Shown here piece after piece: positions 23,064-32,901 of a stretch of 64,000 nt of DNA. The DNA is taken from the NCBI RefSeq assembly GCF_000372725.1, contig NW_005201792.1, positions 561,440 to 625,439 of the forward strand, in the 5' to 3' direction. Under the pieces are notes generated by a model. It had not been told where the DNA came from and did no database searches. It saw nothing but the letters and a program-made list of their open reading frames with translations. Source of the stretch: Emiliania huxleyi CCMP1516 (taxonomy: Eukaryota). Each line of letters begins with the position of its first letter. The first letter of the stretch is position 1. The position numbers and the translations under genes were made by a program.

Positions 23064-24950
23064 ATGAAGCTCCCACAGCTGCTTGCCGCTCTGCTGCTCG
23101 TCGTCGCCTATGGTCTCAGATTACCGCCGATTTCGCGTGGCGGGGTGATAGGCGCGGCGTTCGCAGCCAGTGCGCCGGCGCGAGGCGGGCGGCGGGCGGC
23201 TCGGTCTACCGCCGTCTGCATGGCGGCACACGCGAGGGCGACGGGGGCGGGGGCGGAGAGGAGGGCGGGCGACCCGGCAGGGCCGCCGCGCATGAGCGTG
23301 GCCGAGGCGGCCGAGGAGGCCGAGGTGGGAGCGTCGGCGGACTTGCGCGAGCGCGCGGCCGCCAGGGTGCGGCAGCAGCTTACGGCGAGCGTGAACGCTC
23401 CCCACAACCCCCGCGGCGTCAGCGTCGCTGGCAGCGTCGGCGCGACCGTGCGACGAGCGACGGCGCTGCTCGAGGTCGGGCTCATCGAGCGCGAGTGCGA
23501 GGCGAGGCTGCTGCTGCTGGCGCTGGTGGGCGGGGAGCACCTTCTCCTCCTGGGGCCGCCGGGCACGGCAAAGTCGGAGCTGTGCCGGCGTCTGTCGACG
23601 ATCGCGCGCCTCGGCTACTTTGAGCGCACGCTCACACGCTTCTCGACGCCCGAGGAGCTCTTCGGGCCGCTCTCGCTCGCCGCCCTCGAGCGCGACGAGT
23701 TCAGGCGAGCCACCGCCGGCTACGCGCCCACGGCGGAGCTCCTTTTCCTCGACGAGATCTTCAAGTCGAACTCGGCCATCCTCAACACGCTGCTGACCTT
23801 ACTCAACGAACGCCTCTTCGACGACGGCGCCAAGCGCGAGCGCGTGCCGCTGCTCTCCGCCGTCGCCGCCTCGAACGAGGGCCCGGAGTCGGACGACTTG
23901 TCGGCGCTGTACGACCGCTTCCTGCTGCGCCGGCTAGTGGCGCCCGTCTCCGACGACGGCGTGCTCGAGCTGCTGCTTGGCGGCGAGGCTGCCGAGGGCG
24001 GGAGCGTGGACGCGGCCCTGCCAGACCTGCGGGAGGCGCTCGAGGAGGTCCGAGCCGCCGCGCCGTCGGTGCGATTGCCGCGGCACGTGGCGCTGCTGCT
24101 GCGCGACGCGCGCGCCTTTGTGCGCGAGACGGGCGCCGACGGCTTGGGAGGCGGCTACGTCTCGGACCGGAGGCTGCGCCGCTCGGCGGAGCTGCTCAAG
24201 GCTTGCGCGGCGGCACACGGGCGCGACACGGTCCGGAGCCGCAGCGCGTCAAGAGTGCGGCTGTCCTCTCTTCACACCCTCCAGCCTAGATAGGTCTCTG
24301 TTGTCGACGTCGCGGCGGTGCTGCCCCACGTCCTGTGGGATACGGCCGAGGAGGCGGCCGCGCTGGCCGAGTGGGTCGAGGACAACGCGTTGCCCGACGG
24401 CGGCGCCGAGCAGCTTCGTTTCTTGCTCGAGTCGGTGCGCTCGAGGGCGGCGGCGGAGGCGGCGGACGAGAGCGCCGGCCCAGCAGCCGAGGCAGCGGGC
24501 GGCGGCGGCGGTTTGGCGGAGGATGCCCTCGCGCTGGCGGCGGCGACCCTGGCGGCGGCGGCCGAGATGCGGCAGCACGTGGGCGCGGTCGAGCGGTCGG
24601 CGGAGCACCTCTTCCTCCCGGCGGCGAAGGCGGCGGTCTTGCGGCAGCGGCTGCTGCCCCGCGCGCGGGAGAGTGCGGAGGAGCTCGAGCAGCTCGCGGC
24701 CGAGGCGGCCCTCTTCGAGCTGGCTTTGGCCGACGGTCTCGACGAGGAGGGGTGGGCGGCGCTGCAGGCCGAGGACGACCTCGACGGGGGCGGCGGCGGC
24801 GAGGCGGGCACAGCGGTGGAGGCGCCAAGCTTCGATTTTGACGAGGCGGAGCTCAGCTGGGGCCGCAAGGAGGCGAAGGCCAAGCTCGGGCCCGAGGAGT
24901 TCAGAGCGTGGCGGAAGGCGGCGAAGGCGGCGGCCAGGAGAGGCGACTGA
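23064..24950 (+). CDS. ravA: RavA-like MoxR-family AAA+ ATPase with signal peptide and transit-peptide-like leader; intron ~24231-24293
   Basis: GEHLLLLGPPGTAKSELCRRL (Walker A), YFERTLTRFSTPEELFGPLSL, LFLDEIFKSNSAILNTLLTLLNERLFDDG (Walker B), ASNE, ALYDRFLLR and YVSDRR. Leader MKLPQLLAALLLVVAYG-LRLPP...RSTAVCMA. Confidence 0.9.
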
Positions 24951-25196
24951 TAAATAAATACACGCAGCCATCTCCAGGAGAGACGACTGAGGTCGATAGA
25001 GAAAGAGGAGGAAGCGCACCACCCAGCGGGCCGGAGATGAGATGATAATTTTGACCGCGCAAAAGACATAAGGGGGTGGCTAAGGGCTATGCTCGCAAGG
25101 CGCCAATAGCAATATCCGTGTTCGTACATCGTAGCGAAAGTGCCGGCGCGAGCAGAACGTCCGCCGAATCCGTCCGTGCTTTCAGGCGCAACTTGA

Positions 25197-25935
25197 GGGG
25201 AAGCCGCTGATCGAGCCCAGCGTCCCGCGGCCGCCTCTCCCGCGCAGTACCGCCGCTGGGGACGACACGCTGCGGAATTGGATCGAGCCCCCATGGAGGA
25301 GGAGGGCGCAGTCGGCGAATTGGAGGAGGAGGAGGGCGTCGAACGAAGCCGCCTCGTGTGGGCCCGATGGGCGTTGTCGTGTCTGACTCAGAGGAGGCGT
25401 TGGAGGTGCTCCAGCAACCTAACCTGATTCGGAAGCTCGCCGACGTTGTCACTCAACGTGCGTCATGCGTGATCGAGCTTGAGGGAGGAGATCAGCTAAC
25501 GATTCGGCCGGCCACCCAGCGCCGCCGCCCACCGCCACCCACAAAGCGCCTGCTCTACTACCCCATGCCACCCGCTCCACTTTCCACTGACCATGCCCGT
25601 GATATTGTACTCGAGTACCATCACTGCCGCCGTCCTGATACGTGGCAGCTAGACTCGGTAGTTGTAACCCCCTGAGTGAGGAGCAGGAGAGAGAGAGCTT
25701 TTGTGGTGTTGGTGTACGCAATAACGGGACAGGGTGGATCTCCCCTTCTAGCTCTTAGCATGAGCTGCGCCCTGTGTCCGACCCCGTTTCGCTTTTGCGC
25801 AGCAACACCTCAATTAAACTTTTAGGCCCTCCAAATTCGGGTCGGAGCGTAGCGCGGAGTGGGCCCCGAGTTTGAAAAGGGCGACGGACGCTTGCGTCCT
25901 AGCAACAACGCCTCCCCAGCGCAGAGGGGCCCCTC
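25197..25935 (+). repeat. Dispersed repeat, uninterrupted copy (interrupted copy at 57152-57471 plus 58225-58648)
   Basis: Long shared blocks, e.g. gtgtctgactcagaggaggcgttggaggtgctccagcaacctaacctgat and ggccctccaaattcgggtcggagcgtagc. Confidence 0.85.
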
Positions 25936-26400
25936 TTCCAGCTCCGCTGAGAGCATCGGCCTTATTTTCCTCAGGCCTTCTGGCATCCCCGTGCGGTGCG
26001 CATTCTCAATCTGCTGCGCAGCGCGGGTTTGCAGTCGCATAGTACTAGGCACCGTCGCGCCTGCGCGTCGCTCGCGCTCGCCATTTTGCGTAGGTATGTA
26101 GAGAGTTGTTGGTATGTATGCGAGTATCGCGTACATCTCCGCGTCTATCACCTCCACGTGCTCGGCAGCTTTCCTCCCCACATCGCACATGCCCGCCCCA
26201 GAGGCTGTCCGTATCTCCTCTTCTCCACAGGGTCCGATCCCGTTGGGTTCCTTTACCTGTGCGTCTCCCGGGACGCGCCTCCCAAATCGCGTCGGTCCTT
26301 CGAACACGCCGTACGCCACCCTAGGATTCGGCACGTACTTTCTACCCTCCGCCATTTCGTCTTCAAGGTCCTTTCCTCCGTCCGTCGCCGCCAAGTGTGT
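25935..26400 (-). mobile_element. Degenerate RNase H domain, probably a retrotransposon relic
   Basis: LAATDGGK, then VIDAEMYAILAY, then in a shifted frame RCLVLCDCKPAL. These correspond to the three RNase HI acidic motifs, with frameshifts. Confidence 0.6.
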
Positions 26401-26649
26401 GAACTGGTGTGAGACGTGCAGCGCGAGACCATGTCTGCGCTACTTCCACGCACCACGTTCAGAGCTCGTCCCTTCCCCGACTTGAGCGGCGAGCCCTCGC
26501 TGTCTTTTCCCATCTTGATTTGCGCTCCCTTGCCGTCTCTCAGCTCTCCCCCGGTCTCGACGGCGGTCCTCTTCCCAGCTGAGAGCGCACGTTATTTTCT
26601 TCCGGGTTTCGGAGAACGTCCTGGAAACATTCGCAAGTCGCCGACTTCC

Positions 26650-27603
26650 ATGGATTCGTTCGGCCTTGTTCTCCTCCTCACGTCGGCCAGCGGTCTCACC
26701 GTCAAGCCCGCCCTCCTCCCACCACCGCGGTCAATCGCCACGCCTTCTGTGGCCACCAAAACTGCACCATTTGAAGCGGCTTATGGACTCCATAAGCCGC
26801 GCATCAACGAACCGCGGATGGCTGGCACCGACTCTGACACCGCCTCGCGTGCTGGCGCCGCACTGCAGATGGCGATTTATGACGACGCTCGCCAGCGCTC
26901 AGCCAGAGCGCCACGCCGCTGGCCGGCCGCGAGCAAGTGGGTGCTGGCGTCGGCCGCCGCCGCCGCCCTGGTCCAATGCGATTTGGGCGGGCTGCTCGCG
27001 GCGTACAACTCGGCGCTACATGATTGGCCATTCTCCACCAAGGCTCTGAGCACTGGCATCACCTACGTCCTCAGCGACTTGACGGCGCAGGCTCTCGAGC
27101 GGCGGGCTGTCGCCAGCAGCAGCGGTGGCAGCCGGCAAGGCATCACCCTGTCGGCGGCGGGCAGCGAGAGCAAGCTCAGGGTCGGGCGTGCGCTGCGCTT
27201 TGGAGCGGTCGGCCTCCTCTGGGTGGGCCCGCTGCTCGCCGGATGGTTCCAGCTCATGGAGCACTTTGTGCCCGGCCGCTCTGCCGGCGCCGTCACCCGC
27301 AAGCTGATCCTCGACCAACTCGTGCAAGGACCCTTCATGATCGGCACCATGTACCTACTGACCGGCGTCTCGGGCGGGCTGGCGACCGGCCGGGGCTTTG
27401 GTCGATCCCTGCGGCAGGCTCGTCGCACGGCCGAGCAGCAGCTGGCGCCAACGTGGGTGCGGTCCGTCTTTGTGTGGGCGCCGGTGCAGGCGCTGCAGCA
27501 GTTGTTCGTCCCGCTGCAGCACCGCGTGCTCGTCGCGAATGGGGTGAGCTACTTCTGGGACACGTACCTCGCGAACAAAATGGGCGGTGAGGACGAGAGC
27601 TGA
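26650..27603 (+). CDS. Mpv17/PMP22 family membrane protein with bipartite presequence
   Basis: YNSALHDWPFSTKALSTGITYVLSDLTAQ, RALRFGAVG, KLILDQLVQGP and WAPVQALQQLFVPLQHRVLVANGVSYFWDTYL. Confidence 0.9.
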   Translation: MDSFGLVLLLTSASGLTVKPALLPPPRSIATPSVATKTAPFEAAYGLHKPRINEPRMAGTDSDTASRAGAALQMAIYDDARQRSARAPRRWPAASKWVLASAAAAALVQCDLGGLLAAYNSALHDWPFSTKALSTGITYVLSDLTAQALERRAVASSSGGSRQGITLSAAGSESKLRVGRALRFGAVGLLWVGPLLAGWFQLMEHFVPGRSAGAVTRKLILDQLVQGPFMIGTMYLLTGVSGGLATGRGFGRSLRQARRTAEQQLAPTWVRSVFVWAPVQALQQLFVPLQHRVLVANGVSYFWDTYLANKMGGEDES

Positions 27604-28057
27604 TGCCCTGCTGAGTTCCGTGAGCCATGTTCCGTGCAAGCACGCCCACTAGCGAAACCGAGGGAGCCGTGGTACGTGTGTGCACAATCCCTGTGACAGT
27701 ATGTGCATGTACGTGCATCAAAGTCACACGTGTTATCTTTTCTTCTGTTGTCTAATCTTGTGTTCACATGCAACTCTTAACCGACGCTCCCGCACCGCGC
27801 CGGGTGCACACTTGGGGACACTTACATGTGCATGCACATGTGCCAATTTGGTGCACACTTGGGGACACGCGGGAGTGGGAGTGCGAGCGTGGAGGCGGGG
27901 GGGGGCAGGCGCAGGGCGCGGCGCGGCGGCCCCGCACTGTGCGCACTGCGCACACCCGACCGCAACGCGCAACGGTAAACTCCATCGTCCATGCGCCGGT
28001 AATGGTAAACCATGCGGTAAACCTAAACGCGCGCGTACACACACAAGACACAGCACA

Positions 28058-28140
28058 CACAACGTCTCATCAACAGGTTGGCGCAGACCTCGCTCTGAGA
28101 GCTGTGCCTGCTTTCGCCGAAACCGCTTCATTCGCTTGTG
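28058..28140 (-). promoter_or_regulatory. SECIS element (form II) in the 3' UTR of the GST-MsrA gene
   Basis: Minus strand: cacaagcg-a-ATGAA-gcggtttcggc-g-AAA-gcaggc-aca-gctc-tca-gagc-gag-gtctgc-gccaacctgt-TGAT-gaga-cgttgtg. Helix I, the UGAN/NGAN quartet, an ~11-bp imperfect helix II, unpaired AAA and an apical mini-stem all fold by hand. Confidence 0.75.
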
Positions 28141-28236
28141 TGACTGTGTGCGGCCCCGCGCTGTGCATGGCCCACCGCGCCGGTGTGACCTACGGCAGAC
28201 CGCTGTCTCCGCCATGCTCGGAGCTGCTCGCCCGCT

Positions 28237-29820
28237 CTAGAGCCCCCAAGCCGTCCCTGGACCGCCCAGATCGCCCCAGCCGTCGTCATCGGCCGCGGCA
28301 CTCCACGAGGGGAACGACTTGTCCTCCGCCAGAAAGTGCTGGTGGTACTCCTCCGCATCGTGCCTAGGGACACGCGTCGGGACGCGTGATCGACGACTCG
28401 AGACGAGCGGTAGCTGCACGCTCCTCGCGCCACGCGCTCGGGGGCAAGACAGGAACCAGCCCTTCCTTGCCCGCCTCCGCGAGCGCCGTCCGCGCTGCCG
28501 CCGCCTGCGCGCCGGTGTGTGCCCAGACGGCGACCCGCGTCTGCCGCCGCCGGAGGAGGTGGAGCGCGGAGTCGGCGGGGAGGGCGCGCACGCGCTGCAC
28601 GCGTGGGTCGGATGCGAAGCGGCGAACCAGCTCGCCGTAGGAGACGACCTGCCCACACAAGCAGGCGTGAGTTGACCTGCACCGCGGCGCGGAGGCCTGC
28701 GCCGCCGCTCGAGGCCGACGGGTCGAAGTCGAGACGGAGCGCCTAGTGCCCGTGGCAACGCCCGCGACTCAGCCGCCGGCCCAGACTCGCGCGGAGGCGG
28801 AGGGGCGAGCGGCCTCGGTGTGCGTGTTCGCGCGGGCGCAGACGCTCTCGTACGACGGTGGCGCCCCGGACGGGTCCCCGTCGCCGTCGCCGCCCGTGTA
28901 GCCGACGCGGGAGCGCAGGACGCCTGGTGGACGAGAGAAGGGGCGCGAGCGTCACGGGCTGGCGCACGGCGGGCAGGTCAGCGAGGCGCCTCACCCGGGA
29001 TCGAGTCGTACTCGGACTGCGGCAGGTGGAATCAGCCGAGGCCAAAGGTGGCCGTCTCTGTGCGGGTATGCTCCTCCCCGCGTGCGCCAGGAGAGACGTG
29101 CGACACATAGTAAAGCCTCGCAGCGCGCGCCATCTCCGCCTCGCCGGCGCTCGTCGCCTGCACTGAGGGTCGCGCGGCGACCGCCTCCATCCACGAGGCC
29201 GTCCTCGCAAGCCCCTGCTGACGGCAGAGCTTGAGCAGGTCAATGTTGCGCCAGTACGGTAGCATGAGCAGCATCCGCTCGACCCACGGAGCGGCGACGC
29301 ACTCGGCCAGCGAGAACGCCCCTCCGAGCAGGAAGGGCGCCGCGCCAGTGGACGCCTCGCGTCAGCCTCCTCGCGCCATCGTGCGCTCCCACAGAGATGC
29401 CTCCACCGCACGTAGCGTCTCCAGGAGGCCGGCGACGGCAGTGCGGACCTGCGCCTCGGACTCGGCCTTGAGCACCGTGTAATAAGCCGGCTCGACCTGG
29501 CTTGTCCACACACCCACGAAGGCGTCGATGGCAGCCGTCTCGGCGCTCGGAAGCAAGTTTGTGTGCCGAGTGCGGAACTCTGTCGCCACGCGCCTCGCGA
29601 CGACCGCTGACTCCGTCACCACCTCCCCGTCATCCATCACGAGGAGAGGCACGAGGCCGGTTGGCGACAGCCTCAGGAACTCCGGCGGTTTCTTCTCGAG
29701 GTCGATCAGCGTGTGCTCAAAGCGTGTTTTTGTCTCGAGCAGCGCAACCCAAGGGCGCTGCGCAAAGGGTCACACACCCGAGTTGAAGAGGCGAAGCCCG
29801 AATGGTGCGAGGGCGAGCAT
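28237..29820 (-). CDS. Selenoprotein: Cys-type (omega/DHAR/lambda-like) glutathione transferase fused to methionine sulfoxide reductase A
   Basis: GST part: LFNSGV-[TGA 29770-72]-PFAQRPWVAL...KPPEFLRLSPTGLVPLL..GEVVTESAVV...PFLLGGAFSLAE..APWVER. MsrA part: ATFGLG-[TGA 29032-34]-FH..SIP/GVLRSRVGYTGG..PSYESVC..HTE/ALRLDFDPS/VVSYGELV..W/HDAEEYHQ. A further in-frame TGA lies at 29362-64. Confidence 0.85.
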
Positions 29821-30354
29821 GACTCCGCCGAGCTGAAAGCCCAACTGGGCGTCCCTCGCGGCTGCTCCAAAAAACAAAACCGGGAGGGTTGGGAGCGAGG
29901 GGGCGAAAGCCCAGCCCTCTCCGCGCGGCGATGCGCCCTCCCCCCTCGCTTTTGCAAAATCCTGCAAAGGTGGGGACGTGTCTGTCCTCGACCTAGCCCT
30001 AGCTTGGGATGTCCGTTGTATTTATTTATTTATCGAGGGGGCGAAAGTGTTCAGTGCGGTAGATGGTAAGCTCGAGGCGCGTGAGCCGGACCTGTGAGCC
30101 GGACCACCCCCTCTTGTTCCCTGCGTTGTTGAGCCAGGACTCAACATACTCGGGCTTGCTCATCCCAAACTGTCACTCCCCTTTCTCCCGGCCGGGGTGG
30201 GGCGCGCGCGGGGGCGGCGGGTGTGCGGCGGGTGTGCGGGATGTCTGTGGGCCCGAGAGCGATTGCCGTGTCCGCCTTGCGTTTGTTTCAAACATCGAAG
30301 GCTAAGCTCAAAAAGAAATAAAAAAAGGCAAATATTATATATGTCGCGCTCCGC

Positions 30355-32431
30355 ATGCCGCCGCTTGTTGACAGCGCGCTGGGCGGCGAAGTCTCAGAGA
30401 ACGTCCTCTAGGCGGCTGCGGACGGCCGCGTGGGACCGGTGCGATTGTGGCTGAATGACGGCGGGAAGGCGGACACGCTCTTCCACGCTGAGTCTCAGTG
30501 CGGCCAGACTCCATGCACCCTGCTGATGCTCTCCGCGCAGGCCGGGCACGTGCAGATGGTCGAGCTCCTCCTGAAGCGTGGCGCACACATCAACCTGCAA
30601 ACCAGTTGCGGGTCCACTGCGCTCAACACTGCCGCCGCCTGCTACGGCAACGAGCGAATGGTGGAGATGCTGCTGCTGCACGGAGCGGAGATAAACCCGC
30701 AGGACTCCGCCGTTTGGTCGGCGCTGGCAGTGGCTGCCCAGGGTGGACAAGAGCGGGTTGTCGACCTGCTGCTGCGGCGTGGCGCAGAGATCGACATGCA
30801 AGACAAGAACGGTGGCACCGCGCTGATGCTCGCCGCCTTCGGCCATCCCGCCGTCGTTCTCCGCCTGCTGCGGGCGGGCGCAGACATGACGTTGCGCGAT
30901 GCGGAGGGCAAGACGGCGCTGCAGTGGGCCAAGGAGGAGGGCCACGCCGAGTGCGTCGAGGCCTTCAGGACGCATCTCGGGGAGGTGGCAGCGGTCCGGA
31001 AAAAAGGCGCCGTCAGCCGAAGCAGGCGGCGCAGGTGAGGCGGTGGGTGCGAGTGCCGCGGCCTCTGCTTCGAGCGGCGAGGGAGGCGCGGAGGTCGAGC
31101 CGAGCGGCGGCGGGGCGGTGCCAGAGGAGGTTGAGCTGGCGGCTCGGCGAGGCGATGAGGAGGCGGTGCTGGCGTGGCTCGACGGCGGCGGGCGGGTCAA
31201 CGCGACGTTCGAGTACGTCTTTTCGGAAGGGCCTGTGAGCGGCATGACGCTACTGATGCTCGCAATGACCTACGGCCACGCGGGGCTGGCTGAGGCGCTT
31301 CTGCGGCGCGGTGCAGATGTCTCGTTGCAGAACAGCAGAGGTGGCGCCGCGCTGGGTCTCGCCGCCGCGAACGGCCGCAAGAAGCTGGTCGAGCTGGCAT
31401 TGCAGCACGGCGCGGAGGTGAATCAGCAAAACAATTCCTGCATCACTGCGTTGATGGACGCCGCCTACAAAGGCCACGAGCGGATTGTCGACTCGCTGAT
31501 CCGGCACGGCGCGGCGATCGACCTGCAGGCCAACAACAGCGACACCGCACTGATTCGGGCCGCTTTCAACGGCCACCCCGCCGCCCTCCTCCGCTTGCTG
31601 CGGGCGGGTGCAGACATGACGCTGTGCACTACGGATGGCACGACCGCGCTGCAATGGGCCAAGAAGCAGGGCCACACTGAGTGCGTGCGCGCCCTCGCGG
31701 AGCATGCGGCGGCCGAGAAGGCGGCCGAGAAGGCGGCGGCGGAGGCGGCGTGGGCCGCGGGAGCGGCGGAGAGGGCGGCGCAGAGGGCAGCGGAGGAGAA
31801 GGAGGCGGCGCGGCACGCCGAGGAGCTGCTGGCGGAGGTCGAGGCGGAGAAGCGCGCCAAGGGCAAGAAAGGCAAGAAGAAGAAGAAGAAGGGCGGCAGG
31901 CCGGGCGGGGCGGGGCCGTCGCAGGAGCCCGAGGAGGGTGCCGAGGGGCCGTCGCAGGCAGACGCAGCGGAGGCGGCGAAGAAGGCCGAGGAGGCGAGGC
32001 TTCTCCTGCTTCTCGAGACGCTCACCGAGGAGAGGATGCGGCTTGGCATCACGCCGGAGAGCCAGGCGGCGGCGGCGGCCGAGGTGGCCGAGGTGGCACG
32101 CTTGGACGCGGAGGCGGACGAGGCGGAGGAGGAGGCGGAGGCGGAGCAGGAGGCCGAGGCGGCGGCCGAGGCGGCGGAGGCGGATGCCGAGGCGGCGCAG
32201 GCGGAGGCCAGGGCGGCGAGGGACGAGGTCGTGGCGGCGCTGGAGAAGGCCAGGGTAGCGCTGGAGGAGGCCAAGGCGAAGCTGAGCGGGGCCGAGTCGG
32301 CTGTTGAGGGGGGCGAGACGGCGCTCGAGGAGGCGAGGGCCGCCACAAAGATGAGGCGTGCTGCTGCAGCCGCTGCGATGGCCAGGGCAGCCGCCGCCAG
32401 GATGGCAGCGGAGGCGGCCCAGCGCTCATAG
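30355..32431 (+). pseudogene. Ankyrin-repeat protein with Ala/Glu-rich coiled-coil tail, disrupted
   Basis: Two tandem ankyrin modules (TALMLAAFGHPAVVLRLLRAGAD..TALQWAKEEGH; TALIRAAFNGH..TALQWAKKQGH). In-frame TAG at 30409-30411 and a frame change near the A-run at ~31000. Confidence 0.7.
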
Positions 32432-32901
32432 CGCGAGCTGCTCAGAAAGAATCGCGTGGCCACCATCCTGCGGACTGCTCTCCCGGATGGGTGGAGCTTG
32501 GGAGCTTCCGTCGAGGACGCGCTCGCCGGAGGGTCATCATGCACTGAGATGTGTGCTTGGGTGACTGTTGTCGTTGTTCGCTTGAGCCGGGGAGGTCTGA
32601 GCGGGGGCGGGGCGGGCGCGGGGGGGGCGGGGGGGGTGCTCGAACGGCTTGCCTCGGGGAGAGTTCGCCGCCCGCGGCACCCCCGCGGCGGGCGGGCGGG
32701 GAACGTGGGGGACACCTTTGGAGCGGGTGTGCGGGTCCGGAGACCGGCGCACAGAGGACACCGCCAAGGGGAGCTTTCGTGACGAGTTTTAGAGTTTCTC
32801 TATTAGAGATTACACACACAAAGAATAAATACAATAAGAGACCAGATCTAACACGCAGCGGTCAACGCTGGGCAACGTAAGTGACGGGACCGTTCACAAG
32901 A

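Noticed and set aside
27800..27870. 19-bp direct repeat around the palindrome acatgtgcatgcacatgt
   Set aside because: Real but short and low-complexity; no function can be supported, and it lies beyond the SECIS.
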